Origin: Leptospiraceae bacterium
GTDB taxonomy: Bacteria > Spirochaetota > Leptospiria > Leptospirales > Leptonemataceae
Length of the DNA: 64,000 nucleotides
Direction of reading: 5' to 3'
NCBI GenBank assembly: GCA_040217195.1
Contig: JAVJNR010000008.1
Location: forward strand, 544,001 to 608,000
In this document: in pieces, positions 50,841 to 61,380 of the stretch
Position numbering within the stretch: position 1 is the stretch's first letter
Layout of the letters: each line of letters begins with the position of its first letter
The notes under the pieces: model-generated
What the model saw: only the letters and a program-made list of their open reading frames with translations
The model's database searches: none
What the model was told of the DNA's origin: nothing
Program-made: the position numbers and the translations under genes

Positions 50841-51839
50841 ATGAGCGCTGAAAGAAGAAAGACCATAGACCTTGACCGTAATGCAGGGCTTCAGAGATTA
50901 ATGATCCTGGTGCTTCGAAAATTACACATAGTGCTGATTTCATTGCTTTTCCTGAGCGGGAATGAACTTCGCTCCTGGCCATTAATTCAAAAAGAGTCCG
51001 AACAGAATCAAATACTTCGATTCCGATTCCAGGACGGAAACACATCCGTACAGATCTATGCTCTACTCTATGCCCCGGCCTTCGGTTTATCTGGCGGAGC
51101 GGGTATGGTAGTTTCAATCGTTCACGATGGGGAGCATACCACCGGCGGCTATCATTACATCTGGAATGACGTGGAGCTCACAGAGGAGCTGTTTTCAATG
51201 GGCCCCCACTCTGTGCAGATGAATCGGAATAGATTTTTTGTTCGATTCCAGTCGAGAGATGTGGCGCTGAGTCTCCGCGCAGACAGAATGGAAACAGTCC
51301 CGGAAAAAGGATTCTCAATTGACCGTAAGGGTAATTCTTTGCTCAGCATTGAAGGAAGAAAATTTGCGCCGGACTCTGCGATCGATATGACGCTTTACGG
51401 AAAAAGAATCCGGCTTCGTGGAAATGCTATGATAGATCACTGGAAGCTATCCAGGGATTTGCCAGATGATGTTGGCAGTATTCGCATTACAACATCCCTG
51501 AATGAAAAACCAATCTTACTTGCTCAGTCTAGTTTTCCGAAGGGCACAGATACCTATGTCCAGTACGGGCAAACCAAAAACACAGTTCTATTCCAGAACC
51601 GAGCCACAGACGCAGAACCTCTGGATTGGCCCTATGAGTCAAAGTGCAGACTGAGGCTTCATATGGGTCCGGCCGTACATATTCTGGATCAGCAAACAAT
51701 TCCCTCGACCAGTCGTCTTTTGGGATTCTATCTGGGAAAAAGGCCCCGCATTGTATCCTACCGAAGTGTCCTATGGGATAAGTGCGGAGACTCGTCCATT
51801 CGGGTTCCGGCCGAAACAACGATTGTCACACTAGAGTAA
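50841..51839 (+). CDS. Hypothetical exported beta-rich protein
   Basis: 332-aa ORF with a hydrophobic N-terminal segment. True start probably further downstream. Confidence 0.55.
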   Translation: MSAERRKTIDLDRNAGLQRLMILVLRKLHIVLISLLFLSGNELRSWPLIQKESEQNQILRFRFQDGNTSVQIYALLYAPAFGLSGGAGMVVSIVHDGEHTTGGYHYIWNDVELTEELFSMGPHSVQMNRNRFFVRFQSRDVALSLRADRMETVPEKGFSIDRKGNSLLSIEGRKFAPDSAIDMTLYGKRIRLRGNAMIDHWKLSRDLPDDVGSIRITTSLNEKPILLAQSSFPKGTDTYVQYGQTKNTVLFQNRATDAEPLDWPYESKCRLRLHMGPAVHILDQQTIPSTSRLLGFYLGKRPRIVSYRSVLWDKCGDSSIRVPAETTIVTLE

Positions 51840-51877
51840 CCTCGGACTGGGCCGGACGATTGAAAAACTAGTTCGAA

Positions 51878-52324
51878 TCAGCTTTCCGCTTTACTTCTTT
51901 TTCCGGTGGCCTTGCTTTGAGTGGGGGCATTTTTGATGACGAATCGCTTGCCCTCCAGAAGCTGAAGCAAATCAAATGAACTGATCACCCCGGCCAGTTT
52001 CTTATCATCAATGACTACAAGATGGTGAATCTTATGCTTTCGCATCATTCGTGCGGCCAACTCTACATCCCCATACCGGGGTATGGTGTAGATCTTTTCT
52101 GTCATAAACTGTCCCACAGGCTTATTGTCGGATACCTTCTTGATGAGATCCGCAGAGGAAACCACTCCCAGAACCTCTCTTTCCGGACCAACTACCGGGA
52201 CTATGTTTATCTTATTCTTTTCGAGCAGTTCACGAACGTGTCCTGCTGTCTGATGGGGCGTTACCGTGATTACACGGGACTTCATTATTTCGTCTATCTT
52301 CAGGCTCATGTTTGGACCAGACAT
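51878..52324 (-). CDS. CBS-domain pair protein
   Basis: Tandem CBS repeats (IMKSRVITV...VPVV...GVVSSADL; FMTEKIYTI...HHLVVID...GVISSFDL). Confidence 0.9.
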   Translation of the reverse strand: MSGPNMSLKIDEIMKSRVITVTPHQTAGHVRELLEKNKINIVPVVGPEREVLGVVSSADLIKKVSDNKPVGQFMTEKIYTIPRYGDVELAARMMRKHKIHHLVVIDDKKLAGVISSFDLLQLLEGKRFVIKNAPTQSKATGKRSKAES

Positions 52325-52832
52325 GGATTGAGCATATCCAGGTCAAGCGCGAATGCCATCAGAAAGCAATGAGCTTATCGCATCCCAATAACGATACGGA
52401 AAACCCGGAACGAATTTTGAAGCAAGAGTTTTGCCGGGACCCGGACAAAAGCAAACCGGGATTTGAAAGCCGGGGAAATAGAAACATATCCACAATTCGC
52501 GCAAATGAAATCTGACTGTGCGTTCACTTACCTTTCCGGGAAGATGCTCTTTCGAGATATCCGCTGCAATTTGCCTGTTAAGGAAACCAATGGTGGTCAG
52601 GGCGCCATACCATCTAGCTCCCTTCTCTCTTAAACCGCCCCCCCTGGATGCAATGACGAATCTCTGGTACGCTAGATCTAAAACTTTGAAAAACAGTATC
52701 ATTGGCCCGAGATTCCCCTGTAGCCGTCTCCAATGCTTTTTTGCAGGACGCATCCATTAATCAGGGACGGATTCCAGAAACGACTGCCGGTTTTACCTTC
52801 TTTTACGCGGACAGGCCTCCGGTGATTCAGAT

Positions 52833-54992
52833 TTATGGAAACGTTGCATCCGCCTCACCTGGAGCGATTCTTTTATATATCCCATTTTCCCAGTTTTTCA
52901 CATCGGATGCATACCACCTGGAAAAGCGACGATCCGAAGGGCCCCCGATGAGGTTTGTGTAGCAGACATCTGTTTCCATCTCTATAACTGTGCGAATGGA
53001 AGGAGCAAAACTGGTGCGCCGGCCGGCGCTATTGTAAATCTGCCCTTGGTGGGGAGTAGCGCGGCCCCCTATTAAAGTAACGGGGCCCCGGTCAAATCCC
53101 AGGAAAGAAGGCATTTTTCCGCCAAAAAGAATGTGGCTGAGTTTGATGGTCTGCGATTGCCCCCATTGCCGTGTCTTTTTCTGTAAGGACTTCCCAATAA
53201 CCCTGCGATATATCTCTTCTCTGGATTCTCCACCGAACCAGCTTGAATTCTCGGATAACAGTATTCGATCGAAATTAATATAGAAATCAATGAATGTACC
53301 GGTTTCAGAAGCCAGAAAATCTACCACGTTTTCTCCAATACCTTTTCGCCCAAATACTTCCAGGTAAAGGTTTCGATAAATACTTTCGAATAAATGCGCA
53401 CCTCTGGACTCCGCATTGTAGCGAAAGTCCCATTCGCGCAAAACAGCTGCCTCCTCTGTCTGTGGCAAAAGCGGACGAATAATCTGCATAAATTGTCTGG
53501 CCTGTGAAGACTCAACATCGTAATGTAAATCGAACATATCTTCTCTGGCAAAATCATCCCTGCCATTCAGGACTTCGGCAATTCGATCCGCTCGATAGGG
53601 CCCCATGGGCATGTTCAAGGGTTTGAGTTTGCCCCATTCGTTCAAATCCTGATTTGTGGTAATAAAGAATCCCTGATCCGGGTTTAAGATTCGAGGAAGA
53701 TCTTTAGTGCTTGCGAACCCCTGCCAGTCATTTTCACTTTTCCATCCAGGAACTGGAAATAAGCCACTCCAATTTCCGTTTCGCAACGGCATCAAACCGG
53801 ACATTTGAAATCCTATATTTCCATCCCGATCCGCAAATACGAAGCTCCAGGAAGTTTCAACCCTTCCCAGAATATCCATACCCTGTTCCACCTTCTTTGC
53901 GTCCCACATTTCCAGGATTCGCGTAAGGGATGCACCGCCTGAATCGTTGCAGGCCCAGCGAGTGGCCAAGTAATTTCCCTCTTCGTAAGGATTTCCATCC
54001 AGAACGCCATGATTATTCTCATAGAAGGTAACTTCATGGGAGGGCTTCTTCTTTCGCTTAATAACTTCTTTTCTATGCGAAAAATCCTGCCATCCACTGT
54101 CTTCGCGAAAATACTTTCCATCTTTGCATTTCTCAACCCAGGAGTCCTCGGAATCCATAAAAGAATATGTAACTCCCCAGGACAGATCCGGATTCCTGCC
54201 GGTGAGCACGCCAGGTACTCCCGGCATACTACCACCCATTACGTACCGATCTTCTGTTCTAAGAACGATTTCCTGCCAGACATTGGGTATGCGATTGATT
54301 TCCAGATGAGGATCATTACACAAAATGGGCTGTCCGGATGCAGTTTTCTTTCCTGAGATGACCCAGTTATTGGAGGCCATCATTCTTGGCAGACCGATTT
54401 CCCACAGCCTACTACTTGGTACGATTCTTTCACCCAATTTGATGGACTGAATCAGTTCCAGATCCAGGCATTGCAGATGGCCTGCAAATAGTTCCTCCAG
54501 CATTTCGCGGGGAACTCCTGCCTGAACCATTTCAATGAGTAGTCTTTCCACTTCTCCCTGGGACTGGGAAAGCGTTAGATATCCAACCATGCGCGAAATT
54601 AGAAAACTGTCCTCGATTTTCCAGGGCTCAAAAGGAACTCCTAGAAGTTTAAATTCCCAGGGCACTTTGCCATTGAAGCCTGCATTTGCGCCCTCAGCAT
54701 AGGCTTGAAGACAGGCGCTGGAGAAATCTGTAAGTGCCTGAAATTGCTTTTGCATGCCTCCAGTCCAATTCATCTTGCGAAAGAAAATGTCGATGCCCAG
54801 CATCTCATCGCTGGAGTCCAGAAGCTCGCTGGCCCGGCCCTGCCCCAGGATTCGCATTAATATCATCTGCATTCCGCGATCAACGGCATGTACATAGCCC
54901 TGGCCATAGCAAAGATCCTCCATGGACTTTGCTGTAATGTGTGGAATCCCGCTGGCATCCCTTTTAATATCTATACTTTTGTTCTTGATCAT
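52833..54992 (-). CDS. Penicillin acylase family Ntn-hydrolase
   Basis: RDASGIPHI, GQGYVHAVDR, nucleophile motif ASNNWVISG and NDPHL. Confidence 0.9.
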   Translation of the reverse strand: MIKNKSIDIKRDASGIPHITAKSMEDLCYGQGYVHAVDRGMQMILMRILGQGRASELLDSSDEMLGIDIFFRKMNWTGGMQKQFQALTDFSSACLQAYAEGANAGFNGKVPWEFKLLGVPFEPWKIEDSFLISRMVGYLTLSQSQGEVERLLIEMVQAGVPREMLEELFAGHLQCLDLELIQSIKLGERIVPSSRLWEIGLPRMMASNNWVISGKKTASGQPILCNDPHLEINRIPNVWQEIVLRTEDRYVMGGSMPGVPGVLTGRNPDLSWGVTYSFMDSEDSWVEKCKDGKYFREDSGWQDFSHRKEVIKRKKKPSHEVTFYENNHGVLDGNPYEEGNYLATRWACNDSGGASLTRILEMWDAKKVEQGMDILGRVETSWSFVFADRDGNIGFQMSGLMPLRNGNWSGLFPVPGWKSENDWQGFASTKDLPRILNPDQGFFITTNQDLNEWGKLKPLNMPMGPYRADRIAEVLNGRDDFAREDMFDLHYDVESSQARQFMQIIRPLLPQTEEAAVLREWDFRYNAESRGAHLFESIYRNLYLEVFGRKGIGENVVDFLASETGTFIDFYINFDRILLSENSSWFGGESREEIYRRVIGKSLQKKTRQWGQSQTIKLSHILFGGKMPSFLGFDRGPVTLIGGRATPHQGQIYNSAGRRTSFAPSIRTVIEMETDVCYTNLIGGPSDRRFSRWYASDVKNWENGIYKRIAPGEADATFP

Positions 54993-55472
54993 TTCACTCT
55001 CTTCCTGAAAGGCAACAGTCCTTCATCCACTTTATGGACCTGAAGGCACTCGTAAGTGGTTTCTACCCGCTTCGCTTCATCTATTCCCAGGTTAATGTCC
55101 GGTTATTGATCCACAAGCGAAAAAGGCATTCCCCGAATCAGATGATCCGACGATTAGATCTATCCTCTAATATCGATGAACCCGCCAGAGAAACTATGTA
55201 GGCAGTTTTTCAGTTGAGCAATTCCAGACTGAAGGGGCGGTTTTTTTGAGAGTGAATGGATTGGATTCCCGCTGGATTCAAGAAAGCTATTCTGGAGGGC
55301 CGAGTATGGATGGAAGACAGCCGGGACGATCATTCAAACGTGATCTGATTGCCACTTGCTGCATCTGATTCAGAAATATGAATTCGCACTCCGGCTGCGC
55401 CAGAGTATCAATTCCGAATTAGTCCGCTCAACCTCAAGAGAAGAGCAAGGATGGGAGGGTTGACTTCTGGAA

Positions 55473-56645
55473 TCAACTTTGCGCGATTTTCTGCAGGTAT
55501 TTGCAGATTTCCGGGCTACTCAGCAAGCCCAGGTGACCGGTGGTCATAAAGGCATGATATTCGATCTTTGCCGGCGGATTTCTGCGTTTCAACCATGCGA
55601 AAGGGGAGCGAGGCTGACTGGAAGCTTTTTGGTTGAATTCTACAAATTCCTTTCCCAGGGCGCTTCTGGTGCCTACCAGTCCATCTCCAAAATACATGGC
55701 CAGCGGGGAAACTACTGTCTCGGACATGCTTCCAAGAAGCAGATGGTAATTCAATCCCGGCAGAGGCGGTACTTCAGTCTTTTTAACATTCATCAGTTTA
55801 TTGGCATCTTCCCCTTTCCAGTCCTCTACCATGAAGCCCCAGCGAAGATCCTTGATACCGTCACTTCTTTCATCTGCTATTCGTCCGATGATTCGCGTGG
55901 GATAGTTCCAGATGCTTTTTAGAACGAAGGTAGCCACATGGCCAAACTTTTCCAGAAATGATCCGTCGTTAGGGGCTCCTATCAGTACTACATCACTCAA
56001 TTTCTTGATCCATTTGCTTCTTCCTTGTTTGCCGTAGTAGCCGGCGCTTCGCACAACAAGGCCACCCATGGAATGCCCGACCAGAATGATTCTGTGGATT
56101 TCATTTGACCTTTCCCGGATCAACTGATTCAGCAAAAGGTCCAGCGCTTGTCCGTTTTGCGAAATGTGTCGTCCGGTATTATATCGCACGTACAGAGGTT
56201 TCACATCTTTCTTTCTGGAAAGCTCCGGTCCATAGCCAGTTTTTTCCGGCATGGCCGTTTGCCAGGGAATTTCATCTGCCATCAGCCCATGGACGAATAT
56301 TACGCAGGTAAATTTTTTCGGACCAACATTATTCGCATCTCCCCAGGCGTCCGCAACCGAACAGTCTGAACCATTCATGCGAAAGCTCATTTGAATTGCA
56401 GCCGGATCATTGAATTCCTGGAGGCGATGCCCAACCAGACCATTTATGGCCGGAACGATAAAATGCTTGTTTTCGTCTCCCTTTTCATAGACATACTTCA
56501 ATGTCTGTCCAGTGGCAAGAGCAACGTCTACAATGCCTTTGCCCAGAGACTGCCAGAAAGAATCCCTAACCGAGGATTCCTGAGAATTCACAGTGGATTG
56601 TTCGGCTGACTCATAATCAGGTCTTTCAGAAGATCCCATGAACAA
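55473..56645 (-). CDS. PGAP1-like alpha/beta hydrolase (lipase/esterase)
   Basis: FVHGL, RYNTGRHISQNG, GHSMGG nucleophile elbow, GDGLV and a C-terminal His (GHLGLL). Confidence 0.88.
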   Translation of the reverse strand: MFMGSSERPDYESAEQSTVNSQESSVRDSFWQSLGKGIVDVALATGQTLKYVYEKGDENKHFIVPAINGLVGHRLQEFNDPAAIQMSFRMNGSDCSVADAWGDANNVGPKKFTCVIFVHGLMADEIPWQTAMPEKTGYGPELSRKKDVKPLYVRYNTGRHISQNGQALDLLLNQLIRERSNEIHRIILVGHSMGGLVVRSAGYYGKQGRSKWIKKLSDVVLIGAPNDGSFLEKFGHVATFVLKSIWNYPTRIIGRIADERSDGIKDLRWGFMVEDWKGEDANKLMNVKKTEVPPLPGLNYHLLLGSMSETVVSPLAMYFGDGLVGTRSALGKEFVEFNQKASSQPRSPFAWLKRRNPPAKIEYHAFMTTGHLGLLSSPEICKYLQKIAQS

Positions 56646-57133
56646 CTTTGAGAGCTTTGTCCAGCCAGGTCATTTCTTTTTCCGGCAGCGATCTGGCGTA
56701 TTAGGCCCCCTTCCCTGGGATGCAATCATCCTGGCTTGCTTCTGTTTCCTCAAGTTACCTTCGAACAACAATGACCTTTCGATCCTCTGGCCGGATTTCG
56801 CCGCAAGGGCTAAACGAATGATGGTTTCTGTTCCAAGCTATTGATTCTGAAATTAAAGACTGGTAAAGACAGGATCTTAGATGTAATAAGCTCTTCGGTT
56901 CCATCGTTGACCATGCACTCCTTCTCACCCGGTCCTCTCATTGGGCACAGTACCTGCAACTTTAGAAGTTCGAGTCCTGGCGTGGAAAATTTGATGACAG
57001 CTTCTGGTTGAAGCGATATTTGCTGCTTATCCGGGAAATCCGATACCCCAGATAGCGCGCACAGGAAAAAAGCCTGAAGGGCTGAAACGTTGAACCGAAA
57101 GTATGCCCCGGGCAGAGTGGGCAGTAGGTAACC

Positions 57134-57592
57134 ATGGAAGTAAGACAATTCCAGAGTGGAATTCGAAAACTGGCTATTTTTTGCCTATTTGTATTTCTTG
57201 CTGGCTGCTTTTTGCAGTCCGATGAATCTGAGTGGGACAATGGAGATGATATCTTTTATACGGCACTCTTTCTTCAGCTGGCCAGTCAGCCCGTGCAGCC
57301 CAGAATACGATTTCTTAATAGCTCCGGAGGAACGGACAAATACGCCCTCTATTCAGCCTCTGATTGCTCCGGAAGCGCTTTTGCTTCTTTCGCAGATGCA
57401 GCACCTGGTCAGTATACTGTGTACTATCAAACCAGTTCCTTTTACTTGAATATTGATACTTCTGAATGTGTACCGGGCCAGTTCAATTTCGGAATGCCTG
57501 GCACCGCCTTGAACCGCGTTGAAATCGATTGTGAAGTGAGTGCCAGCCAGATCCAATGCAATGACCAGGCCAGCACCACCATCATACGATGA
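57134..57592 (+). CDS. Hypothetical lipoprotein
   Basis: Lipobox FLAG-C; four further Cys in a small beta-rich domain. Confidence 0.65.
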   Translation: MEVRQFQSGIRKLAIFCLFVFLAGCFLQSDESEWDNGDDIFYTALFLQLASQPVQPRIRFLNSSGGTDKYALYSASDCSGSAFASFADAAPGQYTVYYQTSSFYLNIDTSECVPGQFNFGMPGTALNRVEIDCEVSASQIQCNDQASTTIIR

Positions 57593-57729
57593 TACAAACG
57601 AAACGATTTTCCCGGGGACCCAATCCACTTAATTCCCCCTGAACGAATCTACCATTACGCCTAAAGACCGGGAACTGGAACGAAACAGATGGCTCCAGAC
57701 CGTGTTGCATTCGAAATTAAGAATTCGGC

Positions 57730-58698
57730 TCAAGGCTCGATCATTCTAAGAGCCAGGTTCCCTCTCTTATGGCCTTTCTCTGCATGTTGATGCCCCTGAA
57801 TCACCTCTGTCAGCTCATAGGTCTTTTCCAGCACGGGAGTGTAATCACCGGATTCTACTATCTTGCGAAAGTACTCCATATCCTCCACTGACACCGCCGC
57901 CACACCCGTATGAACCTTAACCTTCCAGAGCAGACTTCGCACAGTTGCCAGTAGCATATCCTTCATACCAGCCGAGACCAGCACCAGGTGTCCGCCGGGC
58001 TTGATCAGTTTTCGCAAAGTCTTAATATCCGTGCGATCGACGGTTTCCACAACAACATCGTACTTTTCGCTCCTATCGGAGAGCGCTTCTTTCTCATAGT
58101 CGATCACCTCTTTCGCACCCAGTTCCCTTACCAGATCTACATTTCTGCCGCTGACCACGGCAGTGACCTGACAGCCAGTAATGCAGCCCAATTGCAACGC
58201 TGCACTACCGACGGCTCCCGAAGCACCGATGACTAGAACTTTCATTTTGGGATCCAACTTCACTCCTTTTAAAAAATGAAAGGCAGTATGTAACCCAAAC
58301 GGAATAGAGGCAGCTTGCTCATGGCTAATGGACTCTGTTCCTTTAACGATGGGAGCGGTTTCCGGCAGACAGATATACTGAGAGTAGCATCCCATGGCCA
58401 GATCAGACATTCCAAATACTCGGTCTCCCTGTGAGAATCGCCCCACTCCTGGCCCGATTTTGTCCACGGTACCGGACAAAACCGATCCCAGAACTCGTGC
58501 GGATCTCCTGGGCTTGAACAAACCGAAGAATAGACGGACCAGAAAAGGATCCGCTTTGCGAACTCTCCAATCTCCACTGTTAATGGCCGTGGAATGGATC
58601 TTGATTCTTACCTCTCCCTTTTTCGGTTCTGGGACACTCTTCTCTACAATATGCAGCACATCCGCCGGTCCATAGTTCTCGAATTGAATAACTTTCAT
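57730..58698 (-). CDS. NAD(P)-dependent medium-chain reductase (zinc-free, quinone-oxidoreductase-like)
   Basis: AINSGDW, GASGAVG nucleotide-binding motif, EVIDY and GHKRGN; GGAGG RBS. Confidence 0.9.
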   Translation of the reverse strand: MKVIQFENYGPADVLHIVEKSVPEPKKGEVRIKIHSTAINSGDWRVRKADPFLVRLFFGLFKPRRSARVLGSVLSGTVDKIGPGVGRFSQGDRVFGMSDLAMGCYSQYICLPETAPIVKGTESISHEQAASIPFGLHTAFHFLKGVKLDPKMKVLVIGASGAVGSAALQLGCITGCQVTAVVSGRNVDLVRELGAKEVIDYEKEALSDRSEKYDVVVETVDRTDIKTLRKLIKPGGHLVLVSAGMKDMLLATVRSLLWKVKVHTGVAAVSVEDMEYFRKIVESGDYTPVLEKTYELTEVIQGHQHAEKGHKRGNLALRMIEP

Positions 58699-58729
58699 TT
58701 TTGCTTGCCTCCTGCAGCCAGGCTGATAT

Positions 58730-58768
58730 CCTTACAGCGTAAGGCACAAAAATATCTTACAGTGTAAG
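58730..58768. promoter_or_regulatory. Two TetR-type palindromic operators
   Basis: CCTTAC-AGC-GTAAGG (58730-58744) and CTTACA-G-TGTAAG (58756-58768) in the short divergent MDR/TetR intergenic region; a minus-strand TTGACA lies at 58770-58775. Confidence 0.8.
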
Positions 58769-58796
58769 GTGTCAAGTTAATTGAGGTCGGATTGAA

Positions 58797-59540
58797 TTGA
58801 AAAAAAAGAAAGCACCGCAAAACCAGACAGGCAACAGCCCAATTCGGACGGTTAAGAAGAAAGAAACGAGCAGGCCGGACTCCGCAAAAGCAACCAGACT
58901 ATCCAGAGAAAGAATCATTGAGGCGGCGCTGAATCAGGCAGATCGAGATGGAATCCAGGCTTTGAGCATGCGAAAGCTGGCCGGCAGCCTGGGAGTGGAA
59001 GCCATGTCTCTCTATCATCATGTATCCTCTAGAGAGAAGCTTCTGGATTGGTTGGTAGACCGGGTCTTTGAAGAATTAAGCCTACTGGAAACAAAGAAGA
59101 AGCAAAATTGGAAACAATGGATGACTCAGCTGTCCATTAGAATGAGAGACGTCTTACTCCGGCATCCATGGGCTGTTGGATTGCTGGATTCCAGACGGAA
59201 CCCTGGGCCAGGTACACTTTACTATCAAGATACCAGGCTGGGTGGATTTCTTGGTGCCGGATTTCCCCTGGACCTTGCTGCACATGCGATTGCAATCCAG
59301 GATAGCTTTGTATATGGCTTCGTCATTCAAGAGCTGGCACTCCCCTTCGAAAACGGTGAACTGGACCCGAACGATTTGGAAGGATTCACCAATTCCATAG
59401 AACAAGGAACGTATCCCAATCTCCAGGAAATGGCTGAGAAGATAGTCTTCAAAAAGGGATATAGTTTTCGGCGGGAATTCGATTTTGGGTTGAATCTAAT
59501 CATAGAAGGGCTTGCAGCGCGTTTTGATACGAGCCACTGA
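58797..59540 (+). CDS. TetR-family transcriptional regulator with TetR_C domain
   Basis: LSRERIIEAAL...LSMRKLAGSLGVEAMSLYHHV, LLRHPWA and EFDFGLNLIIEGL. Confidence 0.92.
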   Translation: MKKKKAPQNQTGNSPIRTVKKKETSRPDSAKATRLSRERIIEAALNQADRDGIQALSMRKLAGSLGVEAMSLYHHVSSREKLLDWLVDRVFEELSLLETKKKQNWKQWMTQLSIRMRDVLLRHPWAVGLLDSRRNPGPGTLYYQDTRLGGFLGAGFPLDLAAHAIAIQDSFVYGFVIQELALPFENGELDPNDLEGFTNSIEQGTYPNLQEMAEKIVFKKGYSFRREFDFGLNLIIEGLAARFDTSH

Positions 59541-60237
59541 GTCTTAACAAGGTCCCGGAATTACATGGCTGCTACCACGGCCTCAGGACAAACTTCGGTC
59601 CGTACTATTTCCATACTCCAGGAATCATCTGCGCATTCAGTGGAAGCCAGAAAGCCATCGATTCGACTATCCGCCTTGTTGCAAAGACCTCGATGGTCTG
59701 CCCGGCAATGATTCGATACCTAAATCGAAAAGGATCTGGAACGGAATGGGGGCCTATCCCATCCTTTGGAAGCTGCAGGTAGATCGCTGCAATCGGCGGC
59801 CGCTCGGGGATCCGACTTCTGGCTTTGATTCGGATTGGAGGCGCGATGCACACCACTGTAGCCTACCGGTAGAAACATGCTGATAGCTAAACCCTTCTTC
59901 ACGAAAACAAGGTTTGATAAGCACAGTCAGCAGATTTCGCACTGCATTTGACGTAACAGGGAAACTATTAGAACTTGAATTAGAGAGATCCGGCTTCCTT
60001 CTTTCATTGAAGCAACCCGGAAAACCTATCCAATTGTTGAATTCAGGCATGGACAGGAAAATAGTGATAGTTCCAAAATGACTGTTAGTAAAAGCGAGAA
60101 GCCTTCGAATCTTCGATAGCTCCTGGATGCTAAACAATTTTGCTGGAAACAGACCTTTTTTGAATTACATATTAATTCTTAGTTGTACCGTTGGTCCCAT
60201 GGAGGGATTCAGAATAGGACTCCTTGAAAAAGTTGGC

Positions 60238-61236
60238 ATGAAATTCATTGCAACGGTTCTTTCAATCGCAGCCACAATGGCCTCCTGCAGCGTTGCTGAG
60301 CCACCCTGCAAATCCCCGGATCCAGCCTGCGATCCCATAGCCACCTATTTATCCTACGGATTGCTTCTAACAGATCGCTGGGTGGCTGTGGGCTTGAACG
60401 GCAATATTGCTACTTCCCCCAATGGCCAAACCAACTGGAACAGCTTCGTTCTGGCAGGCACTAGCTTTCGAGCGGTAACCTACGGAGGTGCAGGATTTGT
60501 GGCAGTGGGTGATACGGGCCGAATTGCTCTCTCTTACACAGGTGTCAGTGGAGATTGGTCGGATCAGACGTCCGGTACATCCGACGAGCTAAGAGATGTG
60601 ACCTACGGTCATGGTATGTTCGTCGCAGTAGGAGGCATCAACGGCGGCAACGATAGGATCTTGACCTCTTTCGATGGAATAACCTGGACCGATCGCTCCA
60701 TCGGACTGAGTAATCGTCTGGATCATGTAATATTCGCGAACAATCAGTTCTATGCGGTTGGCCTCGGGGGCGTTCGGGCTGCCTCGGTAGATGGTCTTAG
60801 CTGGACAAATGAAAGTGCAGGCGGAAACCCCTGGGCCGGCCTGGCCTTCGGAAATGACGTTTTTCTGATCGCAGATGATGCCAGTAGCATCCACACCTCT
60901 TCTACATTTTCTGGCTTTCCGAACATTACCGGTAGCTTTGGTTCGGCGGTTACCGATGCGGTACTCTTCATTCCACAACGAGGAGTGTTCTTCTTAGCCG
61001 GGGATGATGGGGGCACATTCTTGACTACGGATGGTGTTGGAGCCGCCACACCCGGTGATAACTTTGGCACCAACGCGGCCGATGCAGCATCCGATGGATC
61101 TACGATTCTGGTCGCTTCCCTGACAGGCAGCCTTCCCTATAGCACGGATTTCTCAACATTCAATCCAGTTACTGTGGGAGGTGCTGATTGGTTTGGCGTC
61201 ACCTATGCCAGAGCACCCAAAATTCTTGGCCCTTGA
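60238..61236 (+). CDS. Lipoprotein with beta-propeller-type repeats
   Basis: Signal ending MAS-C; repeated (W/F)VAVG...I..S.DG..W units. Confidence 0.78.
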   Translation: MKFIATVLSIAATMASCSVAEPPCKSPDPACDPIATYLSYGLLLTDRWVAVGLNGNIATSPNGQTNWNSFVLAGTSFRAVTYGGAGFVAVGDTGRIALSYTGVSGDWSDQTSGTSDELRDVTYGHGMFVAVGGINGGNDRILTSFDGITWTDRSIGLSNRLDHVIFANNQFYAVGLGGVRAASVDGLSWTNESAGGNPWAGLAFGNDVFLIADDASSIHTSSTFSGFPNITGSFGSAVTDAVLFIPQRGVFFLAGDDGGTFLTTDGVGAATPGDNFGTNAADAASDGSTILVASLTGSLPYSTDFSTFNPVTVGGADWFGVTYARAPKILGP

Positions 61237-61380
61237 GCAATTCACATTCAGTCTGCCTACTGAGACTGATGAATGGACAATGAAATATTGTTGTTCTCAA
61301 TAATATCATCATGAGGCCACCCTGGCTCGTCGATCGCAACCAGGATATTAACGCTTCTGAGTTCAAACCCAACAAAGCAG

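Noticed and set aside
54993..55472. Riboswitch in the 480-bp gap upstream of the acylase (contains GTTTCTACC)
   Set aside because: The short purine-riboswitch-like word is on the wrong strand for the downstream gene and the flanking stems are missing. An Rfam scan would be needed.
59541..60237. Small ORFs or a gene remnant in the gap after tetR
   Set aside because: Only short overlapping ORFs with no recognisable motif or RBS.
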